From positions 1 through 64,000 of the forward strand of contig NW_026867451.1 in NCBI RefSeq assembly GCF_020745735.1: 64,000 bases of DNA, read 5' to 3'. Under the pieces are notes generated by a model. It was not told the origin of the DNA and made no database searches. It saw nothing but the letters and a program-made list of their open reading frames with translations. Position numbers and translations under genes: made by a program. Positions 22,506 through 34,581 of this stretch are shown one piece after another (within the stretch, counting starts at the first letter, position 1; each line of letters begins with the position of its first letter). This DNA comes from Hemiscyllium ocellatum. Taxonomy: Eukaryota.

Positions 22506-25292
22506 AATGTCTTAGTTAAAAATTTGAAGCAATCACAGCTCCAAACATTTACACAATATCACTATGGATCTTCCTTGAGTCCAAAAAAAATCCCTTTGAT
22601 CAATGATTTCTAAAATTTGTTCCCATATCTTTTTTTGAAGGACGTTTTCAAATAACTTGAAGTGCAAATGGTTCACATCAGTCGGAATACAGTAACATTT
22701 CATGTGTTACCCCACACAAAAAAAATCAAGCAATTTTGTTATCACGAGTTGTTCTAAGCAAGTCTAGGATGGACTGTTTTATCAAACAAAATCATTTCCA
22801 ATGTTGTGAGGGCTCGTCTATCTTCTGTGCAATGGTCTGAATTTTGTATCTGAATGCAGATGTAACTGGCTGCTCTGGGTAAAAGTACAGTTTGTGCCTT
22901 TCACATTGTTAATGTGTATTGCTGACTTTAGTTGAATAAAGTGATGTTGTCCCAGGCATCGTCTGGCACCATTAATTAGACCATTAATTTCCACATCGCT
23001 AGCCGGAGAGTCAGGTGGAGTTTATTAATATCATTGAACCGAAGGCTTGGAATATTTCCGGTATGAATCATGTGAATTAGAGCCTCTGAACGAGACAAAG
23101 TAGGAAAGATGAATTGAGGAAAGATGAAGTTTTCACGACAGAGAGAGATCACTTCGCCCATTACACCTGTATCATGTGAAAACAGAACCTTCCAGCCAAC
23201 ACCCACTTTATAGCATGTTGTCCATAACCCTGCAGGTGATAGCACTTGAAGTAAACATTCGGGAACATTGTGTAGGGTCTAATCCATTATCAACATAGAT
23301 ATGATCTCCAATGCTGTAAATCCTGGCTTATGGGGAAAAAAGTAGGGGCAGAACACCCATTTCTAAACGTTGTTTCTCAGGACGTTTTGACAATTCTTGA
23401 CTTAATATCATTGTAAACTGACATGAAAAAAATGCAGACATGTTCCCCAGAAACGCTGACAGCAACATACCTTTACTCAGTCAAGATCAGCAAGATGAAT
23501 TAAGAAAGTTTTTAAAAATCTTTCTTTTAACTGATTATTGACAACACGGATTTCACAAAGTGAAACGTACAGAAGGGAAGGGTGGAGGGCTGGGTGTGGA
23601 CGATGTTCACTTGTGAGAAACAAAGCTCACACACTTCAATAATTTCAGTCCGAGACAAAATCTGAATCAGTGGTGCCCTTTATTTTACTCTTGCAAGACG
23701 GTGTGATGTCCACTGTCCACAAGGCAGGGACACACACACTGAATTCAACTAATACACAATATTTATGTAATTTGGTTTCTATTTTTTTATGTCATTGCTC
23801 CTCCCCTGTTTACATCTTCCACTTCCCTAAGACCGGCGCCCTCCTTGTCTGTGACAAATGCTTATTTCTGGCCTCACAAGGCTGTTTGACCTCATCCCGC
23901 TGTGGCCCATTGTTAGGCATATCCTTTCTTCACTATTATCTATTCCCTCCATCTGTGCCTCCCCTACCATACTGATCCTTATGACCCTTTTAATTGGGGT
24001 TTGTTCCTGTGTTTCAGTAAAAGTGGGAAACAAATGTTTATACCTACTGTTTGTACAGGCATATCTAGCTTAACTCCCTCCCCTCACAGCATCTTATCTA
24101 TTCGTCTGTAATATCTACCATTGTTTTGCAGTCACGTTTCATTCTTGCATACAATTTTAGTGAATACAAAAACAATTATGTATTTCCTCTATATAGTTTC
24201 CATTCTTGTTGACTCAGCTCTTGGCTGAAACAATTACACACTGGTGTGAGTTCATTTACTTTGTATAAGTAATTATAATTGCAGAAGTAACACTACTTTA
24301 CCTATATCCCACACACTGTTCCCTGATGTCTGGTTGCATTTGTGAGCAACAGGTGAACCTGCGAACCAGATTCAGGATGTTACTGCAGGTATTTCAGCAG
24401 ATACTGTGTAAACGGAATTCTCCCATAAATCAGCAATGACATGAACATTTATTTTTTATGGTGTTTGAACCAAATAAAATTGAACAATATGCTGGGACAA
24501 GTTCCTTTCATTTCTTTGAACTAGTATCAAGGGACACTCTCTGTGGCCTGGGGTGGCAGGAGGATCTTTAACAGCAGAATGTGAGGGAACAAAGTTACCG
24601 TTGGAAATCCAGATAGACTGGAACTTGTTTCACTGGAGGGTGAGAGTTCGGGGGGTGACCTCATATAAGTTTATAAAGCCATGAGTGGAAAGGTGAATGG
24701 CTCTAATTTACATGATTCATCCTGGAAATGTACGAAGCTTTCGTTTCAAAAATATCACATATCAATAAACTCCACCTGATCCTCTGGCGAGCGATGTGGA
24801 AATTAATGGTCTAATTAATGGTGCCAGACGATGCCTGGGGCAACATCCCTTTATTCAACTAAAGTCAGCAATATACATTAACAATGTGAAAGGCGCAAAC
24901 TGTACTTTTACCCAGAGCAGCCAGTTTCATCTGCAGTCAGACACAACTTCAAAATTCAGACCATTGCACAGAAGATAGACAAGCCCTCACAACACTGGAA
25001 ATGATTTTGTTTGATAAAAGAATTCATCGTAGACTTCCTCAGAGCAACTCATGTCAACAAACTTGTTTTTTTTGTGTGTGGGGTAACACACGAAATGTCA
25101 CTTTAATACGATTGATGTGAACCACTTGCATTTCAGAAGTTATTTGAAAACGTCCATCACATTAGATACGCGAATAAATTTTACAAATCATTGATCAAAG
25201 GGGACAATCTTTTTTGGACTCAAGGAAGATCCATAGTAATATTTTGTAAATGTTTGGAGCTGGGATTGTTTTCAATTTTTGACCCAGACATT
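22506..25292. repeat. Long inverted repeat: arms about 22506-23084 and 24699-25292, spacer about 1.6 kb
   Basis: The reverse complement of arm 1 aligns colinearly with arm 2 (for example GCGATGTGGAAATTAATGGTCTAATTAATGGTGCCAGACGATGCCTGGG is identical); roughly 85% identity by eye. Confidence 0.92.
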
Positions 25293-26759
25293 GTTGTATT
25301 TTCCCTATGGTGGGGGATTTCAACAATAGGGAACATGTTTTACAATGAGAGGAGAAAAATTTTTAAAACGATATCAGAGGCAGCTTTTTATACAGAGAAT
25401 GGTTTGTGTGTGGGATGATCTGGTGGTGGATACTTACAACCTATAGAAGACATTTGGATAAGTAAATGAATATCAAATGTTTGGAAGGATATGGGCCAAG
25501 TACACGCAGGTGGGATTAGTTTAGTTTGGGATTATGACTGGCATGGACTGGTTGGACTGAAGTGTCTGTTTCCATGCTGTCTCACTCCATGACTCTATGA
25601 CTATTTATCAATTTTTCTCAATATTAAACAGTGCTGCAGTGATCCTCGAATGAACTGTTGATGTTTAGGTTGTGTCTGAGACTCTGCGAATATTTCCTTC
25701 AATGAGAGGAGGGACTAGTTCTCCAAGTTTCACAACTGAAAAATAAACTTTTCTCCAGTATTGTTGCTGAGTAGATTTGTTTCTGCAGAGGCAGTGGTTA
25801 TGGTTTGCAGTTTGCTTTCCACCAACTGGTCAACAGTGAGACAAAATATCTTTGATCCCCTGCAGAAACTCCACCTGCTTCCAGTAAATGAACCTGGGAA
25901 CTCAAGGACCTTTTCTGCAGTCAGCTTAATTGCTGCCAACTATTGTATCTGGCCGATTAAAGGGAAAATGAATCAACTAAAGTAAAATCCTACCAAACAA
26001 ACTATATTTTCCCATTTACTCACAATGGATACATTTCACTTGGCATTTCTTCTTTAAAAAGGAAAGTCACTGAATACAGCATTCACTGTATGACTATCAG
26101 AAACAGGACATTGAATGCAATGACATTCTGGTTAGTTCAGCCTGTTTATTGAGTATCTTTAAAGCTCCTGAATATGAAGTTAATGGATCCAAAATCCCAC
26201 ATTGCAGTAACATTTGTTATCATCTCAAAGTAAATTAACAAACTTGAATTGGTTCAAACTCACATCACTTGGTACACCATTCTCTGATTCATTTATCTCA
26301 TTAAAACTGAGTGGGCCCTTTATACATGGTTAACACTGGTGTCGTGTAACAGCGAATTTCTGCTTATTTTTATGAGTTAACTGCCCCTGTCAGAGCTATC
26401 AGTGAGCAGAGAAATGTACTGTTTATAACCTACATTCGTGGTAATGATTATTGTAATACTCTCTAATTTAACCAAACACTCCTGATGTACCCAGACAGTT
26501 ACCTGCAATGGTTTAGATGTTGAGGATTTTTTTTAAAAAAACGTATGGACTGTCCTGTTCTAGTTCATTAGATGCTCTTTCAAAAGTTTACCTAGGTGTT
26601 ATGTATCACTGCCAACTCACTTTTTGTTTCTCAGGCACACAGCTTTCCTTTACTATGCATTTTAAAAAATTTGAAAAAAAGATGCAAGGAGAGACATTCT
26701 GCAATGTAAGGAGGTGCTTCTAATCTCCGGGTCCAAGCTGTTTAGTGATATCCACTCAC

Positions 26760-27212
26760 ATTCTGAACATAATCACTTTAGTCCTGCTCCATATTAGGTT
26801 GCCTAAATGGAATTTAGAAACGCAGATTAGAAATGGGATGTTATTTTGTAAAGTGAGAGAGACGTTGAGTGACAGCAAAAATAAAGTCACTCATTTTGTT
26901 GGTTAATAATATGATTGAAGTTCTTTTTAGCTTTATCTGCTTGTGGTGGAATGTAGAATTAAAGGGAGTTAACTTCTAATTGAATATTCTGAATATAATC
27001 ACTTTGGACACGCTCTGTATTCAGTTGCCTAAATTGAATTTTGAAATGTTTAGTATGAATTACATGTTATTTTGTAGTGGGACAGAGACTGGCAGTGTCC
27101 TGGGGAAAAAAACTCAATTGTTTTACTAGCTAGTAATATGTTTGAACTTTGATTTTAGTTTTATCTGTTTGTGAATGAATGTAGAAATAAAGGGAGGTAA
27201 CTTCCGAATGGA
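26760..27212. repeat. Tandem duplication of a ~226-bp unit upstream of the VH promoter
   Basis: Units start ATTCTGAACATAATCACTTT (26760) and ATTCTGAATATAATCACTTT (26986) and share GTTGCCTAAAT, ATGTTATTTTGTA and GAATGTAGAA.TAAAGGGAG.TAACTTC. Confidence 0.85.
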
Positions 27213-27481
27213 TTTATTTTAAAACAAAATACTTGTAACTATCATGTGAAATAGACCTGAAGGTACTCAATTTTACTTCCACCATTAAAAAAAAACACTC
27301 CCAAAGAAGCTATTCAGCAAAATAAATATCCCAAGATGTGTATATATCCATGTTTAAGCGTAACCTGGTAAGTACATGAGCCCATGTGTTGGGGCTGTGC
27401 AAGCTGAGACCAGGATCCAGTCTCAGCCTCCAGCAGGAAACCAACAGGCGGAAGCTGTGAGCCTGCCCTTTCCGATGGCCA

Positions 27482-27488
27482 TATAAAT
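27482..27488 (+). promoter_or_regulatory. TATA-like box of the VH promoter
   Basis: TATAAAT about 90 nt upstream of the leader ATG. No ATGCAAAT/ATTTGCAT octamer in 27300-27575, as known for shark VH promoters. Confidence 0.6.
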
Positions 27489-27574
27489 CCTAGGCACTGG
27501 ACCGTAATTCAACACTCCGGGATCGGCTTTGTTTAGAAAGATCTTGACAGAACCGCTTCCCAGAAGTTATCAGA

Positions 27575-27623
27575 ATGATTGTGTCGACAATTTTTCTCAG
27601 TTTATTACTGACTTTCTTATCAT
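27575..27623 (+). CDS. VH leader exon (MIVSTIFLSLLLTFLS + phase-1 T)
   Basis: ATG at 27575, hydrophobic signal peptide, donor GTGAGT at 27624, 106-nt intron ending TTTTTAAAG at 27729. Confidence 0.92.
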
Positions 27624-27729
27624 GTGAGTGTTTTTTTTGTTTAAGTCTGTCTTTGTTGCTGTCTCAATGTTAGTCTACCTCAGGAATGTAAAAGTAATGC
27701 TCATGGTTTATTTCTTGTCTTTTTTAAAG

Positions 27730-28090
27730 GTGTCCAGTCGGAGGATTGTTTTGACCCAGCCAGAGGCAAAGACTGGCCATCCCGGAAGCAGCCTGACACT
27801 GACCTGTAAAACCAGCGGGTTCGATCTTGGCAGCTATAGCATGCACTGGGTCCGCCAGGTTCCCGGCCAGGGTCTGGAGTGGCTGCTTTGGTACCATAGT
27901 TCATCCAGCAATAAATATACACCAGCGATTCAGGGTCGATTTACTGCGTCCAAAGACAATTCAAACAACATTTTCTCGTTGAAAATGACTGACCTGAAGA
28001 TCGAAGGACACCGCCATCTATTACTGTTGGGTGATAGCTGGGGTGCTGTTGATTACTGGGGCCAAGGGACCATGGTGACAGTGACTTCAG
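27730..28090 (+). pseudogene. IGHV: Joined V-D-J exon (shark VH family), three 1-nt indels as written
   Basis: (C)[91 protein letters not shown] / DTAIYYC (28007-28027, shifted frame) / 29-nt junction / [11 protein letters not shown], donor GTAAG at 28091. No heptamer or nonamer between V and J. Confidence 0.95.
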
Positions 28091-28619
28091 GTAAGAACTT
28101 TGAACATTCATAGTGACTTTTTAAAAACTTTCTATTCATGTGACTAATTTCTGAATTAAATGAAACTCAGATTCTGTGCTGAGTTTGGTTTGGTTTGGAT
28201 TGATTTTTGTTCAGACTGATTATAGACTTCAATTAAGGCTCAGCAAATAGTTAAAATGGTGATGATGGAGTCATTTGCTCAGTGTATCTCTTTTTTTTGA
28301 TCAGATGGACATTCTATGTGGCTGGGTTACTTGAAACACCTAATGTCTCTTAATCAGTCAGCTATAAATAATGTTTAATGTCAGTGACACCCTGACTGTG
28401 AGTTTTATTATCAACAACAAATGCTACGAATTCAAAGATGTTCAAGATATTACCAAACATGACTAAAATATGCTAAAATATCATTATTCATTTCTTGAAT
28501 ATATGTTCTTACCATGATTATATTTTCTCATTTATTTTGTTAATTTTGTTGATGACAAGCAGGTTAGAAACTGTCATCAAAGTTTCTTGCGGTGCTATAT
28601 TGCATTCTGTTGATTAGAT

Positions 28620-28901
28620 TCGGAGTTTGTTTTACTTGATTCTGTTGAATTGAGTTGATTGGATTTTGGCTTTGTTTTAGTTGATTCGGGTTGAAGTGTG
28701 TTGATTGGATTCTGACTTTGTTTTTACTTGGTTTTGTTGAATTGTGTTGATTGACTTTTGAAATTGTTTTATTTGATTCTGTTGAATTGAATTGGTTGGA
28801 TTCTGATTATGTTTCATTCAAATCTGTTGTTTTAAGTTGATTGGATTCTGATTTTATTTTCCTTGATTCTGTTGAATTGAGTTGATTGGATTCTTATTCA
28901 G
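28620..28901. repeat. T-rich tandem repeat, ~45-bp unit, about 6 copies, in the J-C intron
   Basis: Consensus TTGATTCTGTTGAATTGAGTTGATTGGATTCTGATTTTGTTTTA; units start at about 28636, 28681, 28728, 28773, 28818 and 28863. Confidence 0.88.
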
Positions 28902-30505
28902 TTTGTGAAATTGATCTGCGTTTTCATGCTTTCTGAATCGATGTTTTCTTTCTGGTGAGGAGATTGACTCTCTGGATTACTTTTCATTACCAATATTTGT
29001 GAAGTTCTTTTGTTTTTCATGAATCATTTCTGCATTTGTTAAACTTATATGACACATTTTTCTCTGCTTGATTGAAAACATGACATCCATTTGTAACGGT
29101 CTGAAAAACAACTTAAGGCAGAAACCCAGATGTGTGAGAAATGAAAAAAAACCGAGTTTTTAATGGATTGACTTTAAAAAAAAACTCAGTTCTAATTGTA
29201 AACGAACTGACTTTTGTTTTAAGTAGCCTCATTCAAAATAAAATTTGGGACCTAAATCTGAAACTGCAGAATTGATCAGATTACGTAATTGAAACTAACT
29301 TAAAATTATAATGTGGTAATATTTGTCCATTCAGTAATTTTGTTTTGACCATGAGGTGATTAATCAATATATGCCTTCAACCCCACTCTACTGTGCACTG
29401 CACAAGATTGTCATGATCAGGAAGGGTGTGCAGGTTAGAAATAAATTGAACTATTGCCAGAAACGTTACAGCTTTAAGTGTTAAGTCCCCTCACAAACAA
29501 GGTTGCTATTATGACCTGTTATTTCTATTCAATTTAATCATTAGTTTGCTTGATTCTGAGCAGCTTTGTTAGACTTCAATTTGGTTTTATTTGTGAGGTG
29601 ACATCATGTTCTTGGTTCTGTTGAAAATGTTTGCAGAGCTAGTTCTGCTGCAAACATACCGTGCTGTGATCTGGTGATCGTTGATCTGTTGAGGAGGGAC
29701 TGTGCTTGGGTAACATTAAATGTGTTATATTTGGGAAACCGTTTCTGGTTTCTACATTGTTTTTGCAATGTTAACACGGTTGGTGACAGTGAACTGCTCT
29801 TTCCTCATTCAATGCAATCAGCATGCGAGTTAAAATTTCATAAAGTCTATTATAAAGTGAAAGGCAAATCGCACAGGTTTTAGAAATGAAGGGAAAACAG
29901 ATACCTTCAGGTGCTATTTTTACTTAAAATAAATAATTAAGGATTAATCTAATCCATGCTTTACAATCCAAATTCGAAACTCAACTATCTAGTTCAATCA
30001 CAAGGTCTGTCTTTAAGCAGTTTACAAGTCATAGAGAAATATAAATAGAATTTCAAAAGTCTAATGTTCTAATAGTTCTTGCTCTTGAGCAAAAATGCCA
30101 TGACTGTGCTATAATTGATCAAGAAACACCTTTCAATTCCCCTGTACACTACATACATATTTTCTGGCTGGAAAAGATCATTGGCAAAGACCATTTGGAA
30201 ATTCTGCTCAATTCTATGAAGAACAGATCAGTTTCACTGCTTTGATCAGTTTCACATATAACTTGAGTTAATTAATTGTTATGTCCCTGATTAAACTGGA
30301 TTTGCAGGATAAAAATAAAACATTAACTGAATTATTTAACCTGCACAGTGCTTTAGGTGTTCCCAATCTGTGCATGTTAAATAAATAGTTACATTTTACA
30401 ACAAAATATCAACTGAAGAGTCATTCTTCGGGAAACAACTGCTATAGTGAATTATGTGACCAACCAAATTTCGAATTAATTAAAGTAATCCACTCATGAA
30501 CTCCA

Positions 30506-30850
30506 GGGCAGCATGGTGGCTCAGTGATTGGCATTGCTGCCTCACAGCGCCAGGGTCCCAAATTTGATTCCACCCTCGGGTGACTGCCTGTGTGGAGTTT
30601 GCACATTCTCCCTGTGTCTGTGTGGGTTTCCTTCGAGTGCTGTGGTTTCCTACCACAGTCCAAAAGATGTGCAGGTCAGGTGATTGTGCAGTTTAGCACA
30701 GCCATAGTGTTCAGGGATGTCTAGGTTAGGGTGCATTAGTCAGGGGTAAATATAAATTAGGGGGAATGGGTCTGGGTGGTCTACTTACTGTTCAGAGGGT
30801 CAGTGTGGAATTGTTGGGCCAAATGGCCCGTTTCCATACTGTAGGAACTC
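30506..30850 (+). mobile_element. tRNA-derived SINE (HE1/V-SINE-like)
   Basis: A-box TGGCTCAGTG, decayed B-box, V-SINE core TGTGTGGAGTTTGCACATTCTCCC, CR1-like 3' tail. Confidence 0.88.
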
Positions 30851-31091
30851 TCCTCTTAAAACCATGGGAGTACTTGCTGCAAACGCAGAAAATTCATTTT
30901 ACATCGATGTGTTCAGGCGTATGCAGAGTTCACAAATTTGCAGAAGACATGAACTAGAGGATAACAGAGCACATTGTTTATTCAAACACTGAAAATAGAG
31001 TAATATTTATTTTAATTAATATACTTGATCGATTTATTGCAATGTAGCGATCTGAAGGAATCTGCTCACATTAGTTCAGTGTGACAATCAT

Positions 31092-31380
31092 TTAGATTAG
31101 ATTTCCTGCAGTATGTATCAGGCCATTTGGCCCAACAAGTCCACACCGACCCTCTGAAGATAACCCACCCAGACCCATTCCCCTACCCTATATTTACCCC
31201 TGACTAATGCACCTAACACTATAGACAATATAGCATGACCAGTTCACCTGACTTGCACATCTTTGGATTTTGGGAGGAAATCCACACAGACACAGGGGAG
31301 ATTGTGTAAACTCCACATAGGCCGTCACCTGAGGCTGGAACCGAGCCTGGGTACCTGGATCTGTGAGGCAGCAGTGCCCA
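31092..31380 (-). mobile_element. tRNA-derived SINE (HE1/V-SINE-like), 5'-truncated
   Basis: Reverse complement of the element at 30506-30850. Confidence 0.85.
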
Positions 31381-34077
31381 CATTTACTTAGACATCCGTT
31401 AAAGTGGGCAACTCCAGACAGAAGCATGTTTTCAATTCATACCTTTTTCAACATTTTAGTTCATTACAAGCAGTTAACAAGAAAATAACCTTGCCCTAAT
31501 TCCTTCAACAGAAATGCTTTCCACACTGGAATGCAGTATTGTTTATGCAGTGCATGCAAAATCTCCACAATTCGAGGAACGTTTTAAGAATATGTAAAAA
31601 TAATTTAGAGAATAATCCATTTCCTCCAGATCTGTGCTTTAATTGGCGATATTTCCCACCTCAATAATTTTGTTAAATACAATGACTTATTAAGTTTATG
31701 AACTCAGTGGTTATTTATGTTCATTGTGAACACATTCTCGTTCACATTAATCCACTGGTTAGTTCCTCTGATGAATATTCAATTACAGTGAATATATTTG
31801 ATGTGAGGAGTTGAGCAATGTATCCTCTGGGATTAAGTCTGTTGTACAGTTTGTTTCAGTGCTATCTCTGACTAACTTGTCCACGGTCCTGACCATTTAT
31901 AAATTGTCCAGTTCGGATACCTGAATCTCAGACAGTTCAATTTTATCTCGCGCTTCAAAACCACTTTTATCTGCCAGAAATACAATATTTGATTAGGTGC
32001 CTCAGAATTGAGAGCCCTGACTAAGTTGTTCCAATCAGAACGAACGTTTCAGGATCAAAAGGCAGATAGCAAGAGATTTGAAATTGGTTGTTGACAACAA
32101 GAGATATTTGATTGAGCGAGGCAGAGGGAAATATGCTGCAGATTTTCTTTGTGCCTCAGTTATGCAGGAGATGTTTCGTGGCACTATGTAAAATCAGATT
32201 TTTTTTTGCATCTTATTATTTGAAAACTTATTATCAGCAATGGTCTTATTACACTTCAAAACATTATAATCTTTTTCAAACTAAGTAGACCGTCTGGTGC
32301 AGCAACATTCACAGGGGAAAGAGGAAGGGAGTTCGAGGTTGGAATCTAGTGACAGTGAATTGATGGCAATGCAATTCCTAGTTTTATTGCTCTGTAGTTC
32401 CCATCGAGTTTGAACAATTTGGAGCAGCTGTCAAAGTATTCTTGGATAAACGTTGAAATGTTACTTTCATTGTACTAACATTCTGGAACAATCCCTGGTT
32501 GTTGGAAGGTGTTAATAACTAACATGGTTTATAAACTGTCAAAACAGGTGAGCTGTGTTCTCCGTGATAGTGTCGAGCTCATTGTGTTCAGGTCTGTTGT
32601 GATGTTGTGGTAGGGTCCCTGATTCTGTGCCAGGTGGCCTGTGTTCACTTACAACCTGTTAGAGAGGTATGTAACACCATCTCTTATCAGGTTACTTCAG
32701 TACAAGAAAGCAGATTGAGATGTTTGGGTGTTTGTTGGAATTCCACTCACAGAGGCCAGTGAAATCTATTCAATCGCTGTCCTGACTTGTGTCTCTTAGA
32801 CATTAAACAGAATTTTGGTGGTTAGCAGCTTTTTCCAGATCAATATTTGTTCACAAGCTTTTGGGCATCGCTAGATGGGGTTAATGGAGTAAGTGCTCAA
32901 AGAAATCCCAGCTTTTGACTTGCTGTTCTAACAATATCATTTATAACTAATCCCGAATGAATCATTTTCAAAGTATATTTGATGAGATTTTGCTTAGGCT
33001 GTTTTACTTTATATTAAACCAGTGCTGTAGCTGAATTTGATAGTTCAGTACTGTGGGGGTTCCGTTGAATCCAACACTTGCAGCAGCAGATGGTGATAGC
33101 TTTTCAGTTGGTCTTCCATTGCTATCTCAGACCATCCAGTACCTCTGCTAAGAATCCTTTTTCCAACAGGAGTCAAGCCAACGGAATCACTGTTTATCTC
33201 AACGGGTGTGAGCTCTTGTGCCAAAAACATGAAAACAATTTGGTGAAGAGGGGGTCTCTGGATGGGAAAGGTTCACCTTGCCTTCTCTCCACAGGAGCTG
33301 CTAGACCTGCTGAGTTTCTTCAGACGTTTCTGTCTTTATTTTGGTTTTCTAGCATTTAAAGTTTGTTGTTTCATTGAAAAACGTTCTGTTCGATTAAACA
33401 CGTTCTTCAGAGAAAGATGCATTTGAACAAATTGCAAATGTTCAGAGATATTATTGAATTTGAGTGCCCTGATCTCGAGCTGTAGTTTCACAAGAAACTA
33501 TTATGAAGTAACAACACACTGCAGAGTGCAGTGGCTGCTGTAATTGGGTGGAAGTTATTTTGATCACTCAAATAGAGAATGTCAGTGATCCCGTTCCAAA
33601 TAATCAACAGAAGTTTTTTTTAAAGCATGTGTGAAACAATTAATTTATCGAAATATTTTAATCAGAAGTATTCACGGCCAGTGCTAGCTTAATGAATGAC
33701 ACAATGATAGGAAGGTAGGAACAAGAGGAGGGCACTCAGCCCCTCTAGTTGTTCCCCCACTTACTTAGATCATGGTGCATCTGTGAGCTCAATCCACAGG
33801 TCTCCCTTTGGCTAAAGCTCTTTAACACCTTTGTTTAACAAGCAAAAACTATCCCAGATTTACTGATTCGACTGCCCATAACAAAGGGAGACACCATTTC
33901 TGAAAGACATTCCTGTGAGTACTGTGACACAATGAGGCTGGGATTAATTGCTCATGAAAGTTTAAATATCTGACAATTTCCAATTGAAACATCCCAATCA
34001 TCATATTTCATTAATTTAACACTATACTTCCCTGGAATCAAGAAATATAATGTGTGATTGCCTTGCTAAAAATGAGG

Positions 34078-34278
34078 AGAAAGTGAGGACTGCAGATGCT
34101 GGAGATCAGAGCTGAAAATGTGTTGCTGGAAAAGCACAGCAGGTCAGGCAGCATCCAAGGAGCAGGAGAATCGACGTTTCGGGCATGAGCCCTTCTTCAG
34201 GAAGGGCTCCTTGGATGCTGCCTGCTCCTTGGATGCTGCCTGACCTGCTGCGCTTTTCCAGCAATACATTTTCAGCAG
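34078..34278. mobile_element. Fold-back Penelope pLTR mini-element with perfect 15-bp TSD
   Basis: Inverted arms; intact hammerhead core on the - strand at about 34171-34203; TTGCTAAAAATGAGG at 34063-34077 and 34279-34293. Confidence 0.88.
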
Positions 34279-34377
34279 TTGCTAAAAATGAGGGAAGCTT
34301 CATTCCTATTATATGATTAAGAAATAGCTCTGTTCATTCAGTGAAAACACAGTCAAATCACTCAAAAGGAAACCATG

Positions 34378-34581
34378 ATTTGGAGATGCTGGTGTTGGAC
34401 TGGGGTGTACAAAGTTAAAAATCACACAACCCCAGGTTATAGTCCAACAGGTTTAATTGGAAGCACACTAGCTTTTGGAGCGACGCTCCTTTATCAGGTG
34501 ATAGTGGAGCGTCACTCCGAAAGCTAGTTTTCTTCCAATTAAACCTGTTGGACTATAACTTGGTGTTGTGTGATTTTTAAA
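34378..34581. mobile_element. Fold-back mini-element of the second pLTR-like family with 14-bp TSD
   Basis: Arms 34415-34490 and 34506-34580; AAAAGGAAACCATG (34364-34377) and AAAAGGAAATCATG (34582-34595). Confidence 0.85.

Noticed and set aside
27628-28113. 161-aa ORF as an intact heavy-chain V protein
   Set aside because: It starts inside the leader intron, is out of frame with the spliced leader, and lacks the second Cys.
29627-29657. 10-bp stem ATGTTTGCAG / CTGCAAACAT
   Set aside because: A single short hairpin with no second copy or context; expected occasionally by chance.
30506-30580. tRNA-like head (also 37589)
   Set aside because: SINE A/B boxes with no cloverleaf; not a tRNA gene.
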